A stretch of DNA of 64,000 nucleotides from Spirochaetia bacterium (GCA_965203905.1 CBDBDQ010000005.1:3456001-3520000), one strand, 5' to 3'; positions 29,399 through 39,765 are shown, numbered from the stretch's first letter. Notes: generated from the letters alone by a model not told the origin. Numbers and translations: made by a program.

Positions 29399-30852
29399 AG
29401 GCCGCCATCGTCGGCGGCGGGGTGATCGGCAGCGGCTGGGCGGCGCGCTTCCTGCTCAACGGCTGGGACGTGGCGGTGTCCGATCCCGCGACCGATGCGG
29501 AACGGCGGCTGCGGGTGGTAGTGGCCGATGCCCGCCGCAGCCTGCCCGCGCTGTACGATCGCGCGTTGCCGGCGGAAGGTGCCCTAAAGTGGTGCCCGAC
29601 CGTGGCAGCCGCGGTTACCGACGCCGACTGGATCCAGGAGAGCGTGCCCGAACGGCTGTCCGCCAAGCACCGCGTGCTGGAAGAGATTCAGCGCCATGCG
29701 CCGCGCCAGGCGCTGGTGGCGTCCTCTACCTCGGGCTTCACACCTACCGAGCTGCAGCGCGGCTCCCGCTTTCCGGAACAGATCCTGGTGTGTCACCCGT
29801 TCCACCCGGTGTACCTCCTGCCGCTGGTGGAGGTGGTGGCCTCGGCGGCGACGGCGGCGCCCCCTCGTGACCGTGCCATCGAACTGCTGCGGGGGATCGG
29901 CATGCATCCGTTGCATATCCGCAAGGAGATAGGCGCCCACGTCGCGGACCGGCTGCTGGAGGCGGTGTGGCGCGAGTCGTTGTGGCTGGTTCGGGACGAG
30001 ATCGCCACCACCGGCGAGATCGACGACGCGATCCGCTACGGCTTCGGCTTGCGCTGGGCGCAGATGGGACTGTTCGAGAGCTATCGGATCGCCGGCGGCG
30101 CGGCCGGAATGAAGCACTTCATCGCGCAGTTCGGTCCGGCCTTGCAGTGGGACTGGTCGCGGCTGACCGACGTGCCCGAGTTGACCGACGAGCTGGTGGA
30201 GCGCATCGCGCAGCAGTCCGAGCGCCAGTCAGGCCGGTACGACCTGCGCCAACTGGAACGCATGCGGGACGACAACCTGGTTGCCATCCTGCGTGCCCTG
30301 AAGCAGAACGGCCACGGTGCCGGCAGCGCGATCGCGCTCCATGAGCGCGGCCTGAACCAGCCGCGGGCCGAAGCCGGGATCCTTCCGCTCACGGTGGCGC
30401 GGCAGGTCCCGCAGAGCTGGACCGACTACAACGGGCACATGAACGAAGCCCACTACCTGGAGCTGTTCGCACAGGCCAGCGACCGGCTCATGGAGCTGGT
30501 CGGCGCCGACGCCGACTACATCGCCGGCGGCAGGAGCTACTTCACGGTGGAGACCCACCTCCGCCACCTGGACGAGGTGCGGGCGGGCGAATCGATTCGG
30601 GTTACCACCCGGATCCTGGCCGGAAAAGGCAGCAAGCTGCACCTGTTTCACCGCCTGGAGAACGGCGGGAAGCTCGCCGCCACCGGCGAGCACCTCCTGC
30701 TGCACGTGAACCTGCAGACACGGCGCAGTTGCCCGCCGGAACCGGAGGTCGCGGCCCGGTTGGCCCGGCTGGGCGCCCGCCACGCCGGCCTGCCCTACCC
30801 GGAGGGGGCGGGTCGCTCCGTCGGGCAGGCAACTGCGGCGCGGGATCGGTGA
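29395..30852 (+). CDS. lcdH: L-carnitine 3-dehydrogenase fused to betainyl-CoA thioesterase
   Basis: GTGA overlap; GGGVIGSGWAARF, IQESVPE, SSTSG, HPFHPVYLLPLVE; C-terminal WTDYNGHMNE hotdog domain. Confidence 0.92.
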   Translation: MKAAIVGGGVIGSGWAARFLLNGWDVAVSDPATDAERRLRVVVADARRSLPALYDRALPAEGALKWCPTVAAAVTDADWIQESVPERLSAKHRVLEEIQRHAPRQALVASSTSGFTPTELQRGSRFPEQILVCHPFHPVYLLPLVEVVASAATAAPPRDRAIELLRGIGMHPLHIRKEIGAHVADRLLEAVWRESLWLVRDEIATTGEIDDAIRYGFGLRWAQMGLFESYRIAGGAAGMKHFIAQFGPALQWDWSRLTDVPELTDELVERIAQQSERQSGRYDLRQLERMRDDNLVAILRALKQNGHGAGSAIALHERGLNQPRAEAGILPLTVARQVPQSWTDYNGHMNEAHYLELFAQASDRLMELVGADADYIAGGRSYFTVETHLRHLDEVRAGESIRVTTRILAGKGSKLHLFHRLENGGKLAATGEHLLLHVNLQTRRSCPPEPEVAARLARLGARHAGLPYPEGAGRSVGQATAARDR

Positions 30853-30868
30853 GCGTGGGGCAGCTCCG

Positions 30869-32569
30869 ATGAGGCGATCGTGGCGCGACCGTGCGGGGTC
30901 TACGTTCGACCTGTACAAGGGGGACACCGTGGCATCGCGCGCCATGGTCGCGTCCAATCATCCCCTGGCTTCGGCCGCCGGGGCCGAGATGCTGGCGCTC
31001 GGCGGCAATGCCATCGACGCGGCGGTGGCCACCGTGTTCGCACTGAGCGTCGTCGAGCCGATGATGGTGGGCCCGTTCGGAGCAGGTTTCATCAACATCC
31101 ATCATGGCTCTACGGGCGAGTCCACCGTGATCGACAACTACGCCACCGCCCCGCGCGGCGCCACGCCCGACATGTTCCAGCCCGTATCCGACGACTGGCC
31201 CGACTACATGGAGACGGCCGGCCGCAGGAACAAGCTCGGCCATCTCGCCGTCGGCGTGCCGGGCAATCTCAAGGCATGGTGCGAGATCGCGGGCAAGTAT
31301 GGCCGCCTGGGCCTGGACGCGGTCATGCAGCCGGCCATTCGCCGCGCGCGGCGGGGATTCCGCGCCAGCCGCTACCTGGTCGACTGCATACGGGACAACA
31401 GGGACGACCTCGCCACGTTCGCCGCCACCGCGGCCCTCTTCCTGCCGGCGGGCGCGGTGCCCTCACCCGGCGACCTCATCGTCATGGAGGAGCTTGCCAC
31501 AAGCCTGGAGCTGATCGCGGCGCACGGTCCCGATGCGCTCTACCACGGTCCCCTCGGCGCGGCCGTTGCCGCAGAGATGGCGGCTCACGGGGGCCTCATC
31601 ACCCTGAGAGACCTGCGCGAATACGAGATTCACTACCGGGCGCCCGTGCGCGGCACTTACCGTGGCTACGAGATCGTTTCGGCGCCCCCGACCAGCAGTG
31701 GCGGGACGCACATCGTGCAGATGCTCAACCTGCTGGAGACCTTCGACGTCGCCGCCCTGGGCTTCGGCACCGCCGCGTACCTCCACCTGCTCTCCGAGGT
31801 CCTGAAAATCGCCTACGCCGACCGGTTCGAGTACCTGGCCGATCCCGCCTTCACCAGGATGCCGATCGCCGGTCTCACCTCCAAGGAGTACGCGCGTGCC
31901 CGCCTTGGCGACATCGACCGGGCCGGCCCGTCCACGCACCGCGCCGGCGATCCGGCGGCGTACGGCGCCGAATCGGCCAACACCACGCATCTGACCGTCG
32001 CTGATGACGAAGGCAACGTCGTCGCCATGACGCAGACCATCAACGAGCTGTTCGGCTCCAAGGTCACCGTTCCCGGCACCGGCCTGATCCTCAACAACAC
32101 CATGGCCATATTCGACCCGCATCCCGGCACCGCCAACGCGATCGCGCCCGGCAAGCGCATGCTCAGCAGCATGTCGCCGACGGTGGTGTTGCAGGATGGC
32201 AAGCCGTTCATGGCGCTGGGCACTCCCGGCGGTATGCGCATCTTCCCGACCGTGCTGCAGGCGATCGTGAATGTCATCGACTTCGGCATGACGCTGCAGG
32301 AGGCGGTCGAAGCGCCCCGCGTCTGGACTCAGGGTCAGGCATTGCAGGTCGAAGAGGGAATCGCCGAGGAAACCCGGCTGCAGCTTCGCCACATGGGCCA
32401 CGAGCTGGAGGTCGTCGCCCGCGTGGCCGGCGGCATGAACGGAGTGCTGTTCGACCACGCGCGAGGGCTGATTCACGGCGCGGCCTGCTGGCGCGCCGAC
32501 GGCACCCCCATCGGCATCAGCGGCGGCCCGGCAAAGCCCGGAATCGTCGGCGAGACCTACGTCCTATGA
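30869..32569 (+). CDS. ggt: Gamma-glutamyltransferase
   Basis: GGNAIDAAVA, VGVPG, NTTHL, PGKRMLSSMSP, GTPGG. Confidence 0.95.
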   Translation: MRRSWRDRAGSTFDLYKGDTVASRAMVASNHPLASAAGAEMLALGGNAIDAAVATVFALSVVEPMMVGPFGAGFINIHHGSTGESTVIDNYATAPRGATPDMFQPVSDDWPDYMETAGRRNKLGHLAVGVPGNLKAWCEIAGKYGRLGLDAVMQPAIRRARRGFRASRYLVDCIRDNRDDLATFAATAALFLPAGAVPSPGDLIVMEELATSLELIAAHGPDALYHGPLGAAVAAEMAAHGGLITLRDLREYEIHYRAPVRGTYRGYEIVSAPPTSSGGTHIVQMLNLLETFDVAALGFGTAAYLHLLSEVLKIAYADRFEYLADPAFTRMPIAGLTSKEYARARLGDIDRAGPSTHRAGDPAAYGAESANTTHLTVADDEGNVVAMTQTINELFGSKVTVPGTGLILNNTMAIFDPHPGTANAIAPGKRMLSSMSPTVVLQDGKPFMALGTPGGMRIFPTVLQAIVNVIDFGMTLQEAVEAPRVWTQGQALQVEEGIAEETRLQLRHMGHELEVVARVAGGMNGVLFDHARGLIHGAACWRADGTPIGISGGPAKPGIVGETYVL

Positions 32570-33843
32570 GGCCACTGTAGCACTACTACCTCTTCGCGGA
32601 GTTGCTCGCCGGTCGCGGTCGAAAGGCGGGTGCGGAAGAGATCGATGCCTTCCACACGGTAGCCGAGCGACTCCGCTATGCCGGCGAGCAGGTTGCCGGT
32701 ACGGATCATTACACGGAGATAGGAAGCTTGATCACCGACGACATAGGCAAGTCTGGCGCCTGGATTCAGGACGGTTCGCAGTGCCGCAAAATGTTTCGCC
32801 ATTCCGCCGAAGTACAGCTTGGTGACTCTTGCGTACATGCGTTCGAAACCGGAGGTCTTTCCCATCTCCAGTCTTCGTCGTTCGATCTTGTTGGCGATTT
32901 CCTGAATGGCATCATGCGCGGCTACCTCAAGGTCGTCCGCGTCGCCCTTGTAGACTCCGCGCGTGTTCGAGCGAATGAGGTCCTTCTTGAGCTCCCGCAG
33001 ACCACTCATATCGCGGATCAGACCGAGGATCACCGACTCCAGGCGCGTGGTTCTCGTATAGTCTTTTTCGTTCGGGTAGGGCGGAGAAGTGATTACCGCA
33101 TCCACCGAGCGCGTACGCAGTATCCGGTCGACTCTTCGGGCGTCTCCCCGGCGAATGGACGCTGGGACTCTCGCACGATCGCGCATCTGGGTGAGGCCGT
33201 CGGTAATTGTCCGCATGTGGCCCAGCCACGAATCCACGACCGGCGCATCATCCTTGAGCTTGCCGACACCCACCTCCGGCCCGAACTTGAGGTTGCCGAT
33301 GTCTCGCACCAGAGCACTTGCGAGTGCAAGCCGTCCATAACGTGGTAGTGGGACATCGCCGCAGCCGTCGATTGCGTCAAGCAGGATCAATGTCTTGTGC
33401 AAAGGCAGGGGGCTGATCGAGTCCTTCAACAACAGCTTGTTCTGTTGGGGTGCCAGGCTTCGTAACGGCGCGCGAGTCCCACTCCCAGAGGCGAACAAGG
33501 GAAGGTCGTTCCAGTCGGTATAACCATCCCGCGCGATAGCGCCTCTGGTTCGTTCGGCCACATCCGCTGCGTAGTCGGACAACTCGGAAGGATCGACGGA
33601 CCAGTCCAACTTTACCGAACTGGCAAACCTCGCCATCGGGTTGGACTCGATGCCCACGCTTTCGATGCCGCGTTTCTTGCACTCTACGAGGGTAGTGCCG
33701 GTGCCGGCGAAGGGGTCCAGCACCGTGTCCCCCAGACCCATTCCAAACCGGTCGAGATAGTCCTGTACCAGGTGTGGCGGAAACGACAACACGAACCGGT
33801 ACCACTCGTGGACGGAGCGATCCTGCGGGCGTACGTTGTTCAT
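32557..33843 (-). CDS. Amino-DNA methyltransferase (N4-C likely), orphan
   Basis: HEWYRFVLSFPPHLV, DPFAGTGTT (motif I) preceding TSPPY (motif IV); start may be 33897. Confidence 0.88.
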   Translation of the reverse strand: MNNVRPQDRSVHEWYRFVLSFPPHLVQDYLDRFGMGLGDTVLDPFAGTGTTLVECKKRGIESVGIESNPMARFASSVKLDWSVDPSELSDYAADVAERTRGAIARDGYTDWNDLPLFASGSGTRAPLRSLAPQQNKLLLKDSISPLPLHKTLILLDAIDGCGDVPLPRYGRLALASALVRDIGNLKFGPEVGVGKLKDDAPVVDSWLGHMRTITDGLTQMRDRARVPASIRRGDARRVDRILRTRSVDAVITSPPYPNEKDYTRTTRLESVILGLIRDMSGLRELKKDLIRSNTRGVYKGDADDLEVAAHDAIQEIANKIERRRLEMGKTSGFERMYARVTKLYFGGMAKHFAALRTVLNPGARLAYVVGDQASYLRVMIRTGNLLAGIAESLGYRVEGIDLFRTRLSTATGEQLREEVVVLQWPHRT

Positions 33844-34498
33844 CCGGCTCTGTGCGCGGCTGCCGGTGTTCGGGCGCGTGGGTGCTGCTCCCGGCATTAT
33901 GTGATGGCGGGCTCCAAGACGAATCACAACCTATACCGACGGCGAGATAATCGCCACGCTTGCATCGACCGTCCCCTTGGTCGGCGCCGGGCGCAAGACG
34001 GCGAGGCCAACGGCGAGGCCAGGGCCATCCCATGCTCAACGACGTCTGAGTCCCGTGTGGGCAAGGGATGTTCTGGAAGTAGTGGCCGAGCGGCGGTGAT
34101 GGCGCCCGGCGCCCTGCCAGATCGCCGCCTTCAAGGTACGTGGTTCGTCCGCTGCCCACCCGCAACGCCGGTCTCCGCCGATGCGTTGCTGCCACGTTGG
34201 GTCGAACTCTCGCGGTAGCCAGCCTTGATGGCGTCACTGCTGGTGGAGTCGGCCACGGTGCGCCGCCGCGGTGCAGGATCCTGCAAAAAGTGCCAAAAAA
34301 ACGCGCTGAGCACTTGACGGGTTTGGCGCTGCTCATAGCGGCCACCTGCCGCACGTTCCGGCCCCTCCGACCCTTCGAATATCCCGCCACGCCCTCCAGG
34401 CCCTCCAGCACCCCGCCAGCGCCGGCCTGAGCCCTGCCCGATGCCGGTCCGGGACTCGCCTAAACTGGGCATTTCTCAGCCATGATTATATTTACGCC

Positions 34499-36085
34499 AT
34501 GGCTACCGCGACCGCTTCCGGCTTCTCCTCCTCGCTCTCCGGGCTCCCCGACCAGGTGCTGCTGGCGCACACCAGGTCCCTCGTCCTGCACGAGCAGGCG
34601 CTGCAGCTTGCCGTCCTCGATCACCTGCGTGAGATCCACGCGCGCCACCTGCACCTGCGCCTCGGCTTCTCCAGCCTGTTCGACTACGCCGTGCGCGAGC
34701 TGGGCTACAGCGAAGGCGCCGCCTGGCGCCGTATCAAAGCCATGCGCCTGTGCTCCGAGACCGCCGGGTCACGCGAACGGCTGCAGGACGGCTCGCTCTC
34801 CCTGAGCGCGGCGGCGCAGTTGCAGAACACCATCGATCTCCTGGAGCGCACTGCCACGGCCGCCGCGGCGGACCCCGGCTCGGCACCCGCGGCACCGGAG
34901 CTGCTGCCGCTCGGCCCGGGAACGGCGCTGGAGGCGGGGGCTTTGGGGGCCGGGGCAGCGGCGCCGGCGCGAGCGGTGCCGGCGCTGGACGCGGCGCAGC
35001 GGCAGGAACTGGTGGCGCAGGCGAGCGGCAAGAGCACGCGCGAGGTGAAGCAGTTGTTGGCCGGGGTAGCTCCCGAGCTGGCGCGGCCGGCCGATCGCAT
35101 GCGGGCGCTGGGCGACGGCCGCTGGGAGTTGAAGGTGGTGATCGACGCCGCGTGTCAGCGCGGGATCGAGCAGCTACGGGCACTGCTGTCGCACGTGGAC
35201 CCGCACCTGACGCTGGGGCAGCTGGTGGAGCGGCTGGTGCAGGACGGCCTGCAGCGCTACGACCCGGGGCGGCCGCCGCGCGGGCGCAGAGGTGGGCGCC
35301 GAGAGGCAAGCGCGGGCCAGGCGCCGGAGCCCCAGGCGCAGGAAAGTCCGGCGGGCGGGGCGACTTCGCCGGCGAAGCGGGGCGCGCAAGAGCAGCCCGC
35401 AGTGCCGCCGCCGGAGGGCGCGATCGCCGGTGGCAGCACCCCGGCGCCGGCAGCGCTGTCCGCAGAGGAACCCGTGCGCGGGACTGGCGGCGCCGGCACC
35501 TCGTCGGTGGCAGCGCTGTCCGCGCCGCCGTCGGGGCGCGAGACTTTCCGGGGCAGCACCCCGGTGCGTGCCAAGCCAGCGGTGGCGGCGCCCGGCACCG
35601 CTCCTTCGGCGGCGAAGTTGGTGGCAGATAGTGGGTCCCGCGCCACCGTACCGACGCCGCCGGCAGACCGGAGCATGCCGACCGCGCCGGCAGCGGCGGA
35701 TCGTGGTCGCAGCGGCCCCTCGCCAGCGCAGCGGGCAGGGGCGGCAACGCGGGCGGGAGCGCAGCTCGATGGCCGTTCGCGCCCGCAGCCGGCGGTCGCC
35801 GGCCCCTCCGGAGGCAGCGCGCAGCCGCCCCACCGGGCGCGTCGATCCCGGTATATTCCGGCACCAGTGCGGCGCGAGGTGTGGCGCCGCGACGGCGGCT
35901 GCTGCAGTTACGTCGATCCGCACAGTGGGCGGCGCTGCGGCTCCCGCTTTCTGCTGGAGCTTGACCACATAGTGCCCTACGCGCTTGGCGGCGGTGCGGA
36001 GCCCGGAAACCTGCGCCTCCGGTGCCGAGCCCACCACCGCTTCCGCCATCGGGAGTACGCGCCGCCGCCAGACGGGACCACGTGA
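34499..36085 (+). CDS. HNH endonuclease with DUF222-like N-terminal domain and long Ala/Pro-rich linker
   Basis: GFSSLFDYAVRELGYSEGAAWRRI; RYIPAPVRREVWRRDGGCC...LELDHIVPYALGG...NLRLRCRAHH. Confidence 0.85.
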   Translation: MATATASGFSSSLSGLPDQVLLAHTRSLVLHEQALQLAVLDHLREIHARHLHLRLGFSSLFDYAVRELGYSEGAAWRRIKAMRLCSETAGSRERLQDGSLSLSAAAQLQNTIDLLERTATAAAADPGSAPAAPELLPLGPGTALEAGALGAGAAAPARAVPALDAAQRQELVAQASGKSTREVKQLLAGVAPELARPADRMRALGDGRWELKVVIDAACQRGIEQLRALLSHVDPHLTLGQLVERLVQDGLQRYDPGRPPRGRRGGRREASAGQAPEPQAQESPAGGATSPAKRGAQEQPAVPPPEGAIAGGSTPAPAALSAEEPVRGTGGAGTSSVAALSAPPSGRETFRGSTPVRAKPAVAAPGTAPSAAKLVADSGSRATVPTPPADRSMPTAPAAADRGRSGPSPAQRAGAATRAGAQLDGRSRPQPAVAGPSGGSAQPPHRARRSRYIPAPVRREVWRRDGGCCSYVDPHSGRRCGSRFLLELDHIVPYALGGGAEPGNLRLRCRAHHRFRHREYAPPPDGTT

Positions 36086-36214
36086 TCGGCGCTCGCCGGG
36101 GTGCGGGTTGGGCGGTCCGGCGACTGGGCGTCGGTCCGAGGGCAGCGGGAGCAACGACCGGTAGTCGGCTCCTCGCGCAGCGTGGGATAGTCCTGCGGCG
36201 AGGCCGAGCGGTTC

Positions 36215-36242
36215 TTGACACACGCGGCGCGCGGCCTACGAT
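36215..36242 (+). promoter_or_regulatory. Sigma70-type promoter of the SDR gene, probably leaderless
   Basis: TTGACA-16 nt-TACGAT, ATG 7 nt downstream. Confidence 0.65.
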
Positions 36243-36249
36243 GACGCTC

Positions 36250-36960
36250 ATGCGGGTCGACTTTGGCGGTAGGACCGTGATCGTTACCGGCGGCACCGGC
36301 TCGCTTGGCGGCGCGGTGGTGGAGCGCTTCCTGGAGGCGGGTGCACGGGTGCTCGTGACCTACGTAGTAGAGGCGGAGGTTGCGCCGTTCCAGGAGCGGT
36401 TCGCCGCGCATGGGGCGCGGGTGGAGTTGCGGCGTTGCGACCTGCGGCGCGGGGCTGAGGTGGCTGCGCTGTTGGAGCGGGCTGCGGCCGGCTCGCTGCG
36501 CGCCGTGGTCAACCTGGCCGGCGGCTACACCTGGACGCGGGTGGCGGACGCGGACGACGCCGCCCTGGAGCACCTGCTGGACCTGAATCTGCGCACCACC
36601 TTCACCGTGTGCCGGGCGGCAGCCCCGGTTCTGACGGCCGCCGGCGGTGGGGCGATCGTCAACGTGTCGGCGCGCGCGGCGCTGCGCGGCGAGGCCGGCA
36701 ACGGCGTCTACGGGGCGACCAAGGCGGCGGTGCTGGCACTTACCCAGTCGCTGTCGGAGGAGTTGAAGGACGCCGGCGTCAACGTGAACGCGGTGCTGCC
36801 GAGCATCATCGACACGCCCGCCAACCGCGCCGCGATGCCGAAGTCGGACCCCGCCCGGTGGGTGGCGCCCGGCGACCTGGCCAACGTGATCGTGTTCCTC
36901 GCTGCCGATGCCGCCCGCGCCATCCACGGCGCCGGCATCCCGGTCTACGGCCTGGCCTGA
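36250..36960 (+). CDS. SDR-family oxidoreductase
   Basis: TGGTGSLG, NLAGG, YGATK, VLPSIIDTPANR. Confidence 0.9.
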   Translation: MRVDFGGRTVIVTGGTGSLGGAVVERFLEAGARVLVTYVVEAEVAPFQERFAAHGARVELRRCDLRRGAEVAALLERAAAGSLRAVVNLAGGYTWTRVADADDAALEHLLDLNLRTTFTVCRAAAPVLTAAGGGAIVNVSARAALRGEAGNGVYGATKAAVLALTQSLSEELKDAGVNVNAVLPSIIDTPANRAAMPKSDPARWVAPGDLANVIVFLAADAARAIHGAGIPVYGLA

Positions 36961-36973
36961 GGTAGCGCGCGCC

Positions 36974-38566
36974 TCAGCGGTAGATCGTGTCCATCTGCCA
37001 CAGGTCGAGCGAGACCAGGCGCATGTCCCGGCCCTGCGCGCGCAGCGATACCCCGGTGCTGTCGGCCCGGCCCGGATAGACCCGCAGCGCAACGCACTGG
37101 CGGCCGTTCACGAACACCTCGACCACGCTCCGATCCACGAACACGCGCAGCTTCAGCGGCTCCTCGGGGGCCAGGTAGACCGGCGCGGTCTCGGGCGCGC
37201 GTGACAGGGCGTCGGGAAGTATCGAGGAGCGCGAGGAATCGATGCTGATCAGGCTGTCCGCACCGGCGCCGGCGCGCGACGGATGCTGATAGCCGCGCTC
37301 GCGGTAGAACGCGATGCGGGTGAACTCCTGCCGGTCCGGCGCGCGCAGCACGTTCAACTCCACCAGGGGCGCGCCGCAGGTATCGATCTCCAGCGCCAGC
37401 TCGATCGCGGTGCCCTCGATCCCGTCGAGCAGCGTCTCCTCGTTGGCCGGGATGGTGCGGTCGCCGATTCGCGTGTGCGTGCCGCGCAGCGAGGCGATGT
37501 CGCCGGCCGGCTCGATCGCCAGCTCGTTCTCGCCGGCAAGGGTCAGGCGCCGCGGCAGCGACATGATCTGGTTCCAGCCCCTGGTGGGCAGGCCGGGGTT
37601 CATGTTGAAGATGGTCACGATGCCACCGGCGCCGTCCGGGGTCGCCGATGGCGCGTGCACGCCCGCCGGACGGAAGGCGCCGAAGTTGAACTTGCCGTGC
37701 GCGGTGGCGTGAAACTTGACGGCGGCCGGGTCGTAGTCGCCGAGCAGGTACTGGCCGCCGCTCATGTGGCTGAAGTACAGCAGGATGTGGCGGCTCAGGT
37801 CGCCGGAGCCGATCGGCCAGAAGTAGGGGCAGGCGCCGTCGTCGCCGTCGAGGCGATGGCCGTGCCCTTCCACGAACGGGTGCAGGTACTTCCAATGTTG
37901 CAGGTCGTCGGAACGGAACACGAAGTTCATGGGACGCCACGGGTCGCGGCCGTTGGACAGCGCGTAGTAGGTGCCGCCGGCGCGCCAGATGCACGGGTCG
38001 TGGACCCGGTAACGCGCCGCGGCCGATTCGGCGCCGACCCCGGAGGTCACCTGCCCCGGCTGGTTCGGAATGGCCGGCGCCGCCAGCTTCTCCCAGTTCA
38101 GCAGCAGCGGATCGCCGGCGCTTGCCACCACGATGCCCAGATCGGTGCCGTAGTAGGCGGCCAGGACCCGCTCCTCCTCGACCAGCGTGGAGCCGGAGAA
38201 GCAGTTCCTCTCGGGACCGGGGTGGATCGCGTAGGGCAGGTCGCGCCAGTGGATCAGGTCGCCGCTTACCGCGTGGCCCCAGTGGACCCGGTCGTTGTCG
38301 TGGTCCGGCGGGTAGGCCTGGTAGAACAGGTGCCAGTTGCCCCGCCAGTTACAGAGCCCGTTGGGGTCGTTGAGGTTGCTCTCGGGGCTGACGAAGTGAT
38401 ACAGCGGCCGGTGCGGGTCGGCGGCCAGCTTTCGGCGCGATCGGCGCATCCGCGCCAACATCGGGTTGGCCGCCAGCTCCCGTTCCTGCTGCTCCAGGGT
38501 GTCGCCGAAGCGGTAGCGCGGGACGCGGGACGGGGGGAACGGTGGGGTGGTCTGTGCCGTGCTCAC
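36974..38566 (-). CDS. Glycoside hydrolase family 32 protein
   Basis: NDPNG, WHLFYQ, HWGHAVS, FSGS, HDP, VFVDRSVVEVF; GGAGG RBS before GTG 38566. Confidence 0.9.
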   Translation of the reverse strand: MSTAQTTPPFPPSRVPRYRFGDTLEQQERELAANPMLARMRRSRRKLAADPHRPLYHFVSPESNLNDPNGLCNWRGNWHLFYQAYPPDHDNDRVHWGHAVSGDLIHWRDLPYAIHPGPERNCFSGSTLVEEERVLAAYYGTDLGIVVASAGDPLLLNWEKLAAPAIPNQPGQVTSGVGAESAAARYRVHDPCIWRAGGTYYALSNGRDPWRPMNFVFRSDDLQHWKYLHPFVEGHGHRLDGDDGACPYFWPIGSGDLSRHILLYFSHMSGGQYLLGDYDPAAVKFHATAHGKFNFGAFRPAGVHAPSATPDGAGGIVTIFNMNPGLPTRGWNQIMSLPRRLTLAGENELAIEPAGDIASLRGTHTRIGDRTIPANEETLLDGIEGTAIELALEIDTCGAPLVELNVLRAPDRQEFTRIAFYRERGYQHPSRAGAGADSLISIDSSRSSILPDALSRAPETAPVYLAPEEPLKLRVFVDRSVVEVFVNGRQCVALRVYPGRADSTGVSLRAQGRDMRLVSLDLWQMDTIYR

Positions 38567-38607
38567 AATGCCTCCGAGGCTATATGATGGGCCGCGCAGG
38601 GGGAACC

Positions 38608-39765
38608 GTGGCATCCACACTGAAAATCACCCGCATCGTCATCACCCATTTCCAATATGAACTGCCCGACCTGAGCCTCGATCCGCGCTACGGCTGGGAC
38701 ACGCTGTACACGCCCGGCGCGCGCTGGAAGACCGGGGGCAGCATTCTCACCATCGAGACCGACGCCGGCATTGCCGGCGAGTTGCCGGGCGCCGTGGATG
38801 CCAGGACCGCGCAGTACCTGCTCGGCCGCGACCCGCTGCAGCGCGAGATCATCTGGCACGACCTGAAGCGCTCGCGGCGTTCGCCGGACGGTACCCCGCC
38901 GGGCGCGGTGGACGTCGCGTTGTGGGACATCGCCGGCAAGCGCTACGGCGTGCCGGTCTACCAGCTCCTGGGGGGCTGGCGCAAGAAGCTGCCCTGCTAC
39001 GCCAGCAGCTACCACGGCGACGAGAACGGCGGACTGACCACGCCGCAGGACTACGCCGAGTTCGCGCTGCTGTGCAAGGAGCGCTACGGCTACCCGGCGT
39101 TCAAGATCCACGGCTGGGTCAACCGCTCCATCCACCGCGAGGTGGCGGCGGTGCTGGCGATTCGCGAGGCGGTCGGCGACCAGTTCGACCTGATGCTCGA
39201 CCCGGCCGGTGGCTTCGGCACCTTCGACGACGTGCTGCGCGTGGGGCGCGCGTGCGACGAGGCGCGCTACATGTGGTACGAGGACGCGTTCCGCGGCGGC
39301 GGCCTGTCAGCGTTCGCCCACGCCAAGCTGCGCGAGCTGATCAAGACGCCGCTGCTGATGGGCGAGCACGTGCGCGGCCTGGAGGCCAAGATGGACACCA
39401 TCCACGCCGGCGCCGCCGATTACGTGCGCGCCAGCGCGGCGGCCGACGGCGGCATCACCGGGGTAATGAAGATCGCCGCGGTCGCCGAGGCCAGCGGCCT
39501 CGACGTGGAACTGCACGGCGGCGGGCTGGCGCACCGCCACTGCATGGCCTCGATCCGCAACACCAACTACTTCGAGATGGGAGTCGGCATCCACAAGGTG
39601 CGCGAGACCACGGCGCCGATCTACCCCGACCGCCAGTGGATGGACGAGGTCGACTCGGTCGATGCCGACGGCTGCGTCGACGTGCCGGAGGAGCCGGGCC
39701 TGGGCGTACCGCTGGACTGGGACTTCATCAACGCCCACAAGACCGGGGAAACGACCTACCCGTAG
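38608..39765 (+). CDS. Mandelate racemase/muconate lactonizing (enolase superfamily) enzyme
   Basis: DVALWDIAGK, FKIH, LMLD, WYED, GEH, PGLG. Confidence 0.9.
   Translation: MASTLKITRIVITHFQYELPDLSLDPRYGWDTLYTPGARWKTGGSILTIETDAGIAGELPGAVDARTAQYLLGRDPLQREIIWHDLKRSRRSPDGTPPGAVDVALWDIAGKRYGVPVYQLLGGWRKKLPCYASSYHGDENGGLTTPQDYAEFALLCKERYGYPAFKIHGWVNRSIHREVAAVLAIREAVGDQFDLMLDPAGGFGTFDDVLRVGRACDEARYMWYEDAFRGGGLSAFAHAKLRELIKTPLLMGEHVRGLEAKMDTIHAGAADYVRASAAADGGITGVMKIAAVAEASGLDVELHGGGLAHRHCMASIRNTNYFEMGVGIHKVRETTAPIYPDRQWMDEVDSVDADGCVDVPEEPGLGVPLDWDFINAHKTGETTYP

Noticed and set aside
28123-30852. 909-aa ORF as a giant fusion protein
   Set aside because: The first ~420 codons are an alternative frame over BBOX/BKACE; the real gene starts at GTG 29395
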